A stretch of DNA of 64,000 nucleotides from Mobula birostris (lineage: Eukaryota), in the NCBI RefSeq assembly GCF_030028105.1, contig NC_092384.1:3205665-3269664 (forward strand), written 5' to 3'. The position numbers were made by a program, and so were the translations under genes. The notes under the pieces were generated by a model, which worked only from the letters and a program-made list of their open reading frames with translations, ran no database searches and had not been told where the DNA came from. Positions 37,703-51,200 of this stretch are shown here, in pieces; position 1 is the stretch's first letter; each line of letters opens with the position of its first letter.

Positions 37703-40700
37703 CTGAAAAATCCACATTAGTTGGGATAAGTCATTACTTTCATTTTTTAGTCATACTGAGTTTCATGTTAAATATAGTCCCGAGAACTTCGCAAAATCAC
37801 CACTATCTCAAAAGACTACCAACTAACAGTGCTTGATTCATTACCTGTAAGTATAAATAGTTGAACTTTTCCGGCCGCTTATCTCTATTTTCGCTTTACC
37901 CTTTCTGTCACGTAGATGAAATATACTGTGTACTTTAATGAAAAGATCAACGGTTTGCACAGCAGAGGAAATGCAGAATTATGATGATAGTCAAGTCATC
38001 CATCACCTAACTAAATAGCAGAGCAGCTGGATGGACCGAAGTGCCTATACTTGCTCCAAATTCCTACGTTAATACGTACCTGCGCGTAGACCGTCCTCTC
38101 TTGATTGACGGGCCCTGGAACTTTCCGGGATTTGGTAAGATCTAGTGCAGCGTAAGGCACCATCGCCTCGCTTGTAGACTGCATAGATTGAAGCACAGAA
38201 ATATACACATTTTAAAAGTGCAGGCGCCAGAAACGATCAATACGCACACACGTACAATGCCAATTATGTATCTGTATGGCCTTCATCAACGCACCTGCAC
38301 GGACAGTGCAAAAGAAAATAACATACATCGAGTCGACAAAGCTTCTCAGTGTGATCTTTGAAATGCCGCAAATTACCTTCATTCCCATACCTGCTTGATT
38401 TGCACATCACAGTCACAAAACGACAACTTCTCGCCAAGAAATCAAAGTAAGTAATAAGTAAATTCAGCTGCAGTCCATATTAGTGCTTGCAAACACATAC
38501 GGTAATTTCAGTATCTGATTACTAGCTTCACTTGGTCATAAATTAAAAGGCTATTTTCGGCTACAAGTTGTAATTAATTCCGTGCCAAAAAAAAAAAACA
38601 GAACTAGCCTGTCACTTCCTTTTGAGGATACAGTACAGAATAGGGAACTGCTATTCCAGCAGTAGTCTGAAGGTACGACCAGTCCGCCCCAGGCAAGGAC
38701 GGCAGGTATGATCGATATTGATGACATTGCTCTGGAGTTAAAAGCATCCAGTAATGGATCACCTTTTTGGTTGTTAGCAAGCAAGGTTGTTAAAAAGTGA
38801 GTTTAAAATATCAGCTTAGCAAAGTAGGGTATAATCTCCTATGAATGTTAACAGACAAAATATATTAGAAACATCAAACATAAAAAAACCTACAGTACAA
38901 TACAGGCCCTTCGGCCCACAAAGTTCTGCCGAACTTGTCCTTACCTTAGAACTACAGAGGCTTTACTCCGAACACTCTATTTTTCTAAGCTGCATGTAGC
39001 CATCTAGTAGTCTCTTAAAAGACCCCATCGTTTCCGCCTACACCTCCGCCACCGGCTGCCCATGAAAGGGATTGTGAAATAAAGAGCTGGGAAGTTTATT
39101 GGTGAAAGAAATACTGGCCAGGAGAAGGGGTAATCTAACAGGAGAGGACAGAATGCCATGGAATAAAGACAAGGGGGAGGGGCACCAGAGGAATTGCTGT
39201 GCAGGTAAAGAGATAAGGTAAGAGAGGATATAGGTATGGAGATTGGTGAAGGGCAGAGGTATTGACGGAAGTACGAGAAATCTATGATTTTGTCGTCAGT
39301 TTGGAGACTTCCCAGACGGAATATTAGGTGTTGTTCCTCCTATCTGAATGTGTCCTCATTGTGACTAGAGAAAAAGGCATGGACTGACTTTTTTCCCCTT
39401 CTCCAGGTCTGTATCTCTTTCACCAATCAAATTCCAAGCTCTTTACTCCACGCCCAGCACACCCCTCCCCTGGTGTCATCTATCACCTTGCATTTCTTCC
39501 TCCACTCACCTACCTTCTTACTCTAACTGCTTTTTTTCCCCCTCCCTGAATCTTTTTTCCCCAGTATCGATGAAGTGTCTTGGCCCGAAATGTCGACTGT
39601 TTACTCATTTCCATAGATGAAGCCTGGCCTGAAGAGTTCAATCGCACTTTGTATGTGTTGCTCCTAGAACCACATAGTAGTGCAACTCAGAACAGGCCCT
39701 TTGAGCTATCGTGCCACTCTCACTTTCAGCGTTTCATCTCTATCGATTCGATTTACCAGGACTTGTGTCCAGCACTTCTTTGTCTTTGCGATTCACGTGT
39801 TTGTATTCATGATTTTTAGGTAACACGAGTACCTGCCTGTGGTACTTTATCAGACCATAAGACCATAAGACACACGAGCCGAATTAGGCCATTTGCCCCA
39901 TCAAGTAACCTTCGTCATTCAATCATTGCTGATCCTTCTTTTTCCTCCTCAGCCTTTTTCCCGTAACCTTTGATGCTGTGTGCAAACAATAACCCAGCAA
40001 CCTTTGCCTTAGTACACCCAACAACTTGGCCTCCACAGCTGTCTGCGGTAACACATTCTACAAATTCATCATCGTCCGGCCTAAGGCATTTGTCGGCATC
40101 TCTGGAGTTTTAAGTGGACGCCCCACTATTTTCTTGTCCAAAACTTCCCCACCATGGGAAACATCCTTTCCAACATCTACGCTGTCTAGGCCTTTCAATA
40201 TTCAAAATGTTTCAATGAGATCCCCCTTCATCCTTCTAAATTCCAGCGAGTACAGACCCAGAGACACCAATGTTCCTCGTATGATAATCCTTTCACTACC
40301 CGAATCATCCGTGTGAACCTCCTCTGAGCCCTCTCCGATGCTTCCTTAGACTAGGTGCCCAGAACTGTTCATTATACTGAAGGTGAGGCCTTATCAGTGC
40401 TTTATACAGCCTCAGCATCGCATCCCTGCACTTGCATTCTAGACCTCCTGAAATGATTGTTAACATGGCATTTGCCTCCTCAGCACCGACTCAACCTGCA
40501 AGTTAATATGTAGAGTGTTCTGCACAGGGACTGCCAAGTCCCTTTATATCTCAGATTTCTGGATCCCCCCCCCCCCCCGTTTATAAATAGTCTGTACATT
40601 TATTTCTTCTACCAAAGTGCATGACCATGGAATTTCCAACACTGAATTTCATTTGCCACTTTCTTAACCATTCTCCTAATCTGTCTGTCATTCTGCAGCC

Positions 40701-42163
40701 TATCTGTTTCCACATTAGTTGGGATAAATCATGACTTTCATTTTTTAGTCATATTGAGTTTCATGTTAAATATAGTCCTGAGAACTTCGCAAAATCACCA
40801 CCGTCTCAAAAGACTACCAACTAACAGTGTTTCTTTCATTACCTGCAAGTATAAATAGTTGAACTTTTCTGGCCGCTTATCTCTATTTTCGCTCTACCTT
40901 TTCTGTCACGCAGATGAAATATACTGTATACCTTAATAAAAAGTTCAACGGTTTTCACAGCGGAGGAAATGCACAATTAGGGTGATAGTCAAGTCAACCA
41001 CAACCTTACTAAATAGCAGAGCAGCTGGATGGACCGAAATGCTTATACTTGCTCCAAATTCCCACGTTAATACGTACCTCCGCGTAGACCGTCCTCTGAT
41101 GATTCACGGATCCTGGAACTTTCCGGGATTTGGTAAGATCTAGTGCAGCGTAAGGCACCATTGCCTCGCTTGTAGACTGCATAGACTGAAACACAGAAAT
41201 ATACACATTTTAAAAGTGCAGGCGCCAGAAACTATCAATACGCGCAAACATACAATGCCAATTATGAATCTGTACGGCTTTCATCAACGCATCTGCACGC
41301 AGAGTACAAAAGAAAATAACATACATCGCGTCGACAATGCTCCTCTGTATGATATTTGATATGCCGTGAATTACATTAATTTCCATACTTGCTTTACAGT
41401 CACAAAACGACAACTTCTCGCCAAGAATTAAAAGTAAATAATAAGTAAATTCAGTTAAAGACCATATTAGTGCTTGCAACCACATACGGTAATTTCAGTT
41501 TCTGATCACTAGCTTCACTTAGTCATAAATGCAAAGCCTGTTTCCGGCTACATGTTGCAGTTAAGTCCGTGCAAGAAACCGAACTAGCCTGTCACTTTCC
41601 TTTGAGGATACAGTACAGAATAGTGAACTGCTATTCCAATAGTAGTCTGTAGGTACGACCAGTCCGCCCCTGGCAAGGACGGCAGGTGTGATCGATATTC
41701 ATGACATTTTTCTGGAGTTAAAAGCATCCAGTAATGGATCACCTTTTTGGTTGTTAGCAAGCAAGGTTGTTAAAAAGTGAGTTTAAAATATCAGCTCAGC
41801 AAAGTAGGATATAATCTCCTATTAATATTAACAGACAAAATATATTAGAGACATAACACCTAAAAAAAACTACAGTACAATACAGGCCTTCGGCCCACAA
41901 AGCTGTGCCGAAATGTCCCTACCTTAAAACTACTTAGGTAGTTTTAAGGTAGGGACTACCCAAAACTACCCATAGCCCTCTATTTTAAGGTAGGGACTAC
42001 CCAAAGTTTTAAGGTAGGGACTACCCAAAACTACCCATAGCCCTCTATTTTTCTATGTTTCATGTAGCCGTCCTGTAGTCTCTTAAAAGACCCATTCGTT
42101 TCTGCCTCCAACACCGCAACAGGCAGCCCATGAAGGGGAATACCCACGATAATGAACGTGTAG

Positions 42164-42228
<65 letters not shown>

Positions 42229-45200
42229 GCATTATTTTATATATTTTCTTAGTATTCAATCGGTTTTGGATACATACCATGCATTGATCGGATCTTTCTT
42301 CCTCCTTTTGCGTGCCTGGAAGTTAAATAAGATAAACAAAAAAAAGCATTTTGTCATCAAAGACAGAGGTTTCACATCGAGTTACTGGATATTACTAAAC
42401 ATTGCAATGGAATTGCCTCCTTTCCAGTGTTATTATAAATATTAGAATGACTGTTCTGATGTCGACGGATTTTAATGTTGGTCTTTGCCTTTGGGGCTTA
42501 CAATGCCGGCATGGAAAGAGAATTCGTCTGCAAAGTTTGTGAGAGCGCCAGTGTCTCCCGGAATGCCGGAGTTCAGCATTAATGAATTCCGAGTCACCAA
42601 AAATGCGCTGTGCATACTAAATGAATGAGAGAATCCCTTATATTTTAAATTGGAGGATATTTTCTTACGTTGAGTTACTGCTTCCAGTTCTTTTAGACGA
42701 ACAATTGTTTTTGACCACTTCAAACTAAATTCATCAGAATTTGGTGATCATTAACACAAAACCTTAGTTAATGATAGAAGGAGAACATGTTGAGATCTCA
42801 AAGCCAATCATCTCCTCACTAAGGAGAAAATAAATCAAACAGAGAAATAACGTTGCAAGTGGAGATGGTGGGGTGCATCCACCCTACCTCACAAGTGGAG
42901 ATGGTGGGGTGGATGCAAAGTTGACCACTTCTTAGGTAAAAACGGAAATAATGAAATACGCTTACGTATATTTTTCTGGATTTTCAAAAAAAGTTGAAAT
43001 GCTGCCTACATAGTAAATCAGCTTGTGACAGCTTAGAGCCTTCAGCAGAATCATCAACCCAATTTTGGGAAAGAATGCCGTAGGAAACGTATCTGCACAG
43101 AGTGAGGAGTGACGGTGAGTCAACTGAGACCAACATAACTACTCATATGCCGAGTGACGGTCAGTACAACTGGGACCAACATAACTACTCATAGTGCCGA
43201 GTGACGGTCTGTACAACTGGGACCAACATAACTACTCATATTGCCGAGGAACGGTCAGTACAACTGGGACCAATGATGTAAGTAGTTAGACTCGGAATCA
43301 ATCAGAGAGCTCCAAATTTTTATGTGACACAAATTTGAGAGAGATCCTCAGTATTGAGAACATTACAGGGGGTTATCAGAATCTTGGTAAACTGATTTAA
43401 CATGCTCGATAGTGGATTTCAACAGAAGGGACAAGGAGATCCTTCATTACTTGGAACGTTCGAATCCCATGATAGAACGTATAGGGGTCTAGGTGAATAA
43501 ACGCACGACAATCTTACACTACGTCTTTGGTGGGCAAGACCGTAAAACGCAGACAATCAAAACTCAGGTTTGGAGAGCCAAGGCTGAAAAAGAGGTACAT
43601 TATGCGAAACTTGACAGCATCTCACTCAGAGTGACCAGCAGAGCGGCCTGTCTAGAAACATCGGGCACAAACACGTTTTTTTTTGTTTTTGAAATGAATT
43701 GCAGTAATCGCACTAGAAATGTAAGGACATCGATTACATATCGAGTCTCCTTTCTCATAACAAGGACGAGGGATGGCATAATAAATGTGTTAATCTTTTA
43801 CGAAATTATTAGGTAATTCGATACAGGAAGATTGAACATAAGACCATAAGACTATAAGATAAAGGAGCAGAGGTAGGCTATTCGGCTAATCGAGTCTGCT
43901 CTGCATTGAATTACGGGCTGATCCAATTCTTTCAGTCATCCTCTTTCCCCTCCCTTCTCCCCGTACCCTTTGCTGCACTGGCTAATCAAGAACCTATCTA
44001 TCTCTGCTTTAATGCACAAAAAGAATTGGCCCCAACAGCAGCTCGTGGCAGCAAATTCCACAGATTTATCATCCTCTGACTAAAGTAATTTCTCCACATC
44101 TCTGTTGTTAGTGGCGGTTCTTCAATCCTGAAGTCGTGCCTTCTTGTCCTGGACTTCTCTGCCATGGGAAATAACTTTGTTATATCTAAGCTGTTTAGGC
44201 CTTTTAACATTCGGAATGTTCTAAGAGGTCCCCGCCGACTCCCCCCCCCCCCCCACCCTTTCTCCTGAACGCCTTGCAATACAGCCTAAGAGCTGCCAGA
44301 CATTCCTCATACTGTAACCCTTTCATTCCTGGAATCATTCTCGTAAATCTTCTCTGAACCCTCTGCAATGTCAGTGTATCTTATCTAACATAAGGAGACC
44401 AAATCTGCACACAGTACTCTGTGTGGTTTCACGAGCGCCTTACAGCCTCAACAAAAGATCCCTGCTCTTACGTTCTATGCCTCCAGAAATGAATGCCAAC
44501 ATTGCATTCGCCTTCTTACCACCGACTCAACCTAGAGGTTAACCTTCAGGGTATCCTGCACATGGAATCCCAAGTCCCTTTCCATCTCTGCATTTTGAAT
44601 TCTCTCCCCATCTAAATAATAGTCTGGCCGTTTATTTATTCCAACAAACAGCATGACCATACACTTTCCAACATTGTATTTCATTTGCCACTTCTTTGCC
44701 CATTCCCCTAAGCTTTCTAACTCTCTCTGCAGGCTCTTTGTTTCCTCAACACTACCCGCTCCTCCACCTATCTTTGTATTATGGGCAAATTTAGCTACAC
44801 ATCCATTAATCACCCAGTCCAAATCATTGACATACATCATTTAAAGCAACGGTCCCAACACCGACCCCTGTGGAATTTCACTGGTAACCGCCAGCCAGCC
44901 AGATCCCTTTATTCCCACTCTGCTTTCTGCCGCCAGCCAATGCTCCACACATGTGATCTTATCCTGCTAAGCAGCCTCATGTGCGAAACTTGTCAAAGGC
45001 CTTCTGAAAATCCAAGTACGCCACATCTATTTTATCTCATTTCTCTACCCTGCTTGTAATTTCCTCAAACAATTGCAGTAGGTTAGGCAGTCAGAATTTT
45101 CCTTTAAGAAAACCAAGCAGGCTTTGGCCTATCTTGTCATGTGCCTCCAGGTACTCCGGAACATCATCCCTGACAATCGACTGCCAACAAATTCCCAATC

Positions 45201-48200
45201 ACTAATGTCAGTCTAACAAGTTTCCTTCCTGCTGTTTCCCACCCTTCTGAAACAGCAGGTAAACATTTGCAATTTTCCAGGCAATTCTTGAAAGATCATT
45301 GTTAATGCCTAAGCAATCTCTCCACCTACTTCCCTCAGAACCGGAGGGTGCATTCCATCAGGTTCAGGAGATTTATCAACCCTCAGATCATTAAGATTCC
45401 TGAGCACCTTCTCAGCTGTAATTTTCACTGCACAAGCTTCACTACCCTGACAATCCTAAATGTCCAATATACTGCAGATGTCTTCCACTGTGAAGACTAA
45501 TGTAAAATACGCATTCAGTTCCTCTGCCATCTCTGTGTCTCTCATTACAATATCTCCAGCGTCATTTTCTATTGGTCCTATATCTACACTCAACTCTCTT
45601 TTACCCTTTATATACTTAAAAAAAAGCTTTTAGCATCTTCTTTAATATTAGTCGCCAGCTTTTTTTCATAATTCATCTTTTCCTTCCTGTTGACGTTCTA
45701 AGTTTCCTTCAGCAAGATTTTAAAATCTCCCAATTCTCTGTTTTGCCGTTAGCTTTGACTTCCTTGTATGCTCTCTCTTTTGTTTTTGCTTTGGTTCTGA
45801 CTTCATTTGTCAGCCACGGTAGTTTCTTTCTTCCATTCCAAAATGTCTTCTTATTTGGAATATATCTGTTTCGCATTTTCCACATTTTACACAGAAACTC
45901 CGGCAATTTATGCTCTGCGAACCTTTCTGATAGTGTCCCATTTCAGTCATCTTCGGCCAGTTCCCCTCTCTTGCCACTGCAACTTCCTTTATTCCACTGA
46001 AATACCGACGCATTGGAATTTAGTTTCTCCTCAGATTTCAAGGTGAACTCGAGCATATTGTGATCACTGTTCCCTAAGGGTTCTTTAACCTTTAGTTCCC
46101 TTATCATCTCCATATCATTGCACAGCACCCAATCCAGCACAGCCAATCCCCTAGTGGGCTCAACACAAGCTGTCCTAAAAAGCTGTTCCTTCGACATTCT
46201 GCAATTTTTCTCTCTTGAGGTCCAGTACAGACCTAGCTTTCCCAATCCACTTTCATCTTAAAATCCAAAACTACTATCATGACTTTGCCTTTCCATCACG
46301 CCTTTTCCATGTCCTGCTGTAATTTGTAATCCACATCTCGGCTGCCGATTGGAGACCTGTATACAAGTGTCATTAGGGTCCTTTTACCCTTGTCATTTTT
46401 TAACTCAACGCATAGAGTCTCTACACCTTCTGACCCTATGTCATCCCTTTCTAATGATTTAATATTATTCCTTAATCACAGCGTTCACTCTGCCTACTAA
46501 CCTATCTTTCCTATCTAACCGTATATCCTTGGATGTTCAGCTCCTAATGGCAGCCATCGTTTAGCCAAGTTTCAGAGATGGCCACAACGTCATACTTGCC
46601 AATCTGTATCTGAATTTTAAGACCGTCCATTTTATTTCCTCCGCTGCGTGCATACGAATATAACATTTTCAGTCCAGTACTTGTTGCTTGCTGTTTTAAC
46701 TGCACTATGCATCTCCTGTCCTGTAACTCATCCCACTGGGTGTGATTATGCCTCATCTCCTGCCTGTCCTTTCTATCCTCTCTGTTGAACGCTATCTTTG
46801 ATTTATTTCTATTTTCCCCTTCCTCAGCCCTATCACTCCAGTTCTCATCCTCCTGCCAAATTCGTGTAAATTCTCATGAACACCTCTATTAAATCTCCGT
46901 GTTAGGATATAGGATTCTTTTGGGTTCAGGTGTAATCGGTCCTTTTTTTTTGTACAGTTCGTACCTCCCCCAGTAGGGTCCCCAATGGTCCAGAGTTCCA
47001 AAGCCCTGCCCCCTACACCAGTCTCTCAGCCTCGCATTAATATGCCTGATCATGCTATTCTTGTGCTCGTTAGCACGTGGCACAGGCAGCAATCCTGAGA
47101 TTACCACCCTGGGGGTCCTGCTTTTCAGCTTCCTACCCAACTCCCTGTAATCTTTCTTCAGGACCATCACCCTTTTTCCACCTATGTCATTGGTAACAAT
47201 GTGTACCAAGACTTCTGACTGTTCACCCTTTCCCCTTCAGAATACTCTGCACCCGATCCAAGACATCTCGTACCCTGGGACCTGGGAGGTAACACACCAT
47301 GCATGTAACTCTATCAGGCTGAGTTAACCATCTGTCTGTTCTCCTTACTATGGAATCCTCTAGGACTACCCGATTCCTCCTCTTCTTCTTTCCTGGGCGG
47401 GAGGAGAAGATAGCGGCGCGACGCAGCTCGCAGCAGCCACTCCGGCGCTGATAGCTGTTATCTGTCAAGTAGGGTGCCGTGCACAATCCTGATTTGATGG
47501 AGACAGACGACAGCACGGAGGAACATCTGGTGAAACTTCTGAAATACCTGTTTCGCTGCTGCTGCTACTGTGTGATCCAGAATCTCCAGAGGGGAAGGCC
47601 CTGAGTCCTCGGCTTTGCTTGTTGCTCGGCGTCCGGGGCGGTATTGCAGCGCTCAGCAGAGAATGGTGCTCGTTGCTCGGTGTCGGATGGTTGGTCGGAG
47701 GCTCGAAGTTTTCGGACGGACTCAGAGTACACTTCAGACGGGTGCTTCCAATGCATCGGCAAGTTTCCGGCGCTTGGAGGATCATGGCAGGGAGAGTTTC
47801 TCCCGTCTACCGTCTGCGTGAGATGATGGGGCTATCGGGACCTGAAATTTTTTTTTTCTACCGTGCCCACGGTCTGTTCTCTATCAAATTACGGTATTAC
47901 TTTGCACTGTTGTAACTATATGTTATAATTATGTGGTTTTGCCAGTTTTAGTCTTGGCTTCTCCTGTGTTTCTGTGATATCTTTCTGGAGGAATATTGTA
48001 TCATTTTAACGCATGCATTTCCAAATGACAATAAAGGAAGACTGAGTCTCCTCATAATCTAATCTCATCTAATCTAATCTAATCTAATCCCTTCTGCACC
48101 ACGGAATCACTGTCAGTACTCTAAGACCCGATCACTGTGGTCGTCCTCTGTCAGACCACCCCCTGAACAGCATCCAAAGCGAGATAACGATTACTGAGGG

Positions 48201-51200
48201 GTATGGCCAGAGGGTGCTGTCTAGTCTCGGAGCTCTTCCCATCCCTTCACAGACAGTCACCCTCTTATCTAACTCCTTCAGCCTCCGGGTGACTACCTCC
48301 TTGTAGCCCTTATCTATCTTCTGCTCTCGTTCCCTAATAAGTTGTAGGTCATCAAGCCGCAGCTCCAGATCGCCAACACGGTCTCTCAGGAGCTGCATCT
48401 CGGTGCACGTGTCGCAGATGTGGCCATCTGGGAGACTGGGAGTTTCCCAGGATTCCCACATCTGACACCCAGAGCAAAGTACTGACCCTAGAGACATGGT
48501 CTCTGTTCCTCCAAAAAAAAAAAAAAAAAAAAAAAATGCAAGGGATAAAAAAACGACGTCCGCTTACCTCACTGAAGCCCGAATGATCCAAAGCCCTACC
48601 ACTCTGCCTCAGACCACTGCTTTGATGACCGCTCCGCTAAGCAGTGTCTCCCTTTTATGCCTGAACGTCCCTGCTCCCCAAATCAGGATTGGTTCTCCGG
48701 TTGTAGCCGAGTTCCCGCGAGGCTTTCCCCTTTCAAACTTCGCTCCCGGACCTGTGCGCCGCCTCCTCCCCCGGAGATCTGCAACTCACGATTGGTGCGC
48801 CGGTTATAGAACAATACAGCACTATACTGGCTCTTCGGACATTCCCTTTGTGCCTACACTGTGCACTATTCCAACATATTCTCCCACATAACTTTCTGTC
48901 ATTTCTTCATACATGTGCCTATTTCAAAGTCTCTCTCTTAAATACCTTTATTAATTTGCCTCTACAACCAACCCTGGCAGCGCGTTCTACGCATTCCCAT
49001 TCTCTTTTTTATAAGAATTATTAACTTCCTGACATCTCATCTATGCTTTCTTCCAGTGGCCTTAAAAAAATATACCCCCTTATATTAGCCAGTTCTGCCC
49101 AGGAAAATAAGTCTCCGGCTGTCCACTCTATATAAGCCTCTTATCATTTTGGTAATCTTTATCACATACTCACCCATGCTACTTTGCTCCAAAGAGAAAC
49201 TTCCTAGCTCGCTTAACGTGTCCTCATCAGCTATGCTCTGTAATCCAGGCAACATTTTGGTAAATCTCCCTGGCACATTATCTAATGCTATCCCATGTTT
49301 TCAGTAATGAAGGGACCAGAAGTAAACTGAAAATTGGCAGTGTGGTCTAATCAGAGTTTTATCGTGCTGCAGTATTAGCTCGCGGCTATTGAATTCAGTC
49401 CCCCAATTAATGAAAGTTATTACTTTTTTACCCACTCAATCGCCAGACACTGCAAATTTGAGAGATCCATGAACATTGACCCAAGATACCTCTGTTCGAT
49501 GGAGGATAAGGGGTGACTTGATCGAGGTGTATAAGGTGATGAGGGGCATTAATCGCGTGGATAGTCAGAAGCTATTAATAGAGCTTAAAATCTGACACGA
49601 TGGGGCATATTTTTAATGTGCTTGCAAATAGGTATCGAGGTGCTGTAAGGGATAAGTTTTTCACACAGACCGTCGTAGGTGCGTGGAATGCACTGCTGGC
49701 GGCTTGTGGAGGCGGATACAATAGGGCTTTTTAACAGCCTGTTACATACAAACATGGAGTTTAGAAAAAAAACAGAGGACTATGAGCTAGGGAAATTCGA
49801 GGCAATCACTACGGTAGGTTACATGGTCGGCACAATATTGTAGGCCGAAGGGTCTGTAATGTGCTGTAAATATCTATGTTCTCTGTTCTAAGTCTACTCT
49901 GTTATTGCTCCCTTGTAATCTGCCTTCAAGTTCAGCCGTCGACAGTGAACTACTTCACACTTTTCCGTGTTGTAATTCATTTGTCACTTCAGAGCCCTGC
50001 TCTGCATCCTATCAATGTCCCTTTGAAACATCCGGCAAACTTCTACACGATCCACACCACCACCAATCTCCGTGTGATCTGTAATTTACTAATGAACTCT
50101 CCCACTTCCTCATTCAAGTCATTCATAAAACTCGCAAAGAGGAGGGACTCCAGAACAAATTCCAGTGGAACACGGCTGGTTGCCGTCCTGCAGGCAGAAC
50201 ACACCCTGCCTGCTACTGCTCCCTGCCTTCTATCCCCAAATCAATTCTGAACCATCTTTCCCTCTATCCCATGCCTCTTGATTTTCGGAATGAGCCTAGC
50301 ATGGGAAAGCTTGCCAAATGCCTGACTAAAATCCATATACACCACACCCACTAGCTAGAAATCCCATCCAGTCAGGCAGTGCAGCTGAACATTCAACAGG
50401 AGCTCCGAAGACCTTTTCCCTTCGGGAAGAAAGATCTTCGCCCCAAAGTCGTATGAAGTTATGTGGTGAACACAAAAACACGAGGGCGACCAAACTTCTA
50501 TCAGCCCAGGATAGAGGGAGTAGGTACAAATAGAAGCATAACGTACCGAGTATTTCAAAATCCTTGGCCCCCATTACGCTTTGTGCATACAATTTGGCTG
50601 GGATATTAGTACTTCCCAAAAAAATGCAGCGAAAGTTTGTGGGCCGGATGAATGTGATAAGTTTTGTTGAATGAGAGTGGCAATGCGAGAAGCCGAACAT
50701 GAACGGATTATTGGACATGGGCGAGCTGCTGTCGACGGTCAATGCCCGGTAGGTGTGGAGGGATTAAGACGATGAGGAAGAAGAAAACCCCAAAGGAAGT
50801 TGAAAAAGAACTGTGCCAAAATCGTATTGAGCGTATGGATTCACGACGATTTACGCTAGAGGAGCATAGATCATGGCCCGCGCTGGCGTGCCGAGATGTA
50901 CAATGTAATCAGTTGTAACCTACTGGAATGCTTAAGGAATAGATAAAACTTCTCTCTCACTCTTTCTTTACCCGCCTTCCCCTGCACGTTCAGATAATTC
51001 AGATTCTTACCTTTATTTTTCCTTGCAATGCATCGCTTCGCAATGAGAAAGACCAGCAATATAGACACCAAACCACTCAATACACATATGGAGGTCATGA
51101 CAGCATTGATAGTAGTAGCTCCTGGAAAATTGAAATATATTAGATACAAATGAAAACTGTAGGCCGTTCAAGCTAATAAATCCCCTTGTCTTTGAATCTG

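Noticed and set aside
43117-43272. Regularly spaced repeat superficially like a CRISPR array
   Set aside because: Units are head-to-tail with no unique spacers; eukaryotic context; it is a minisatellite.
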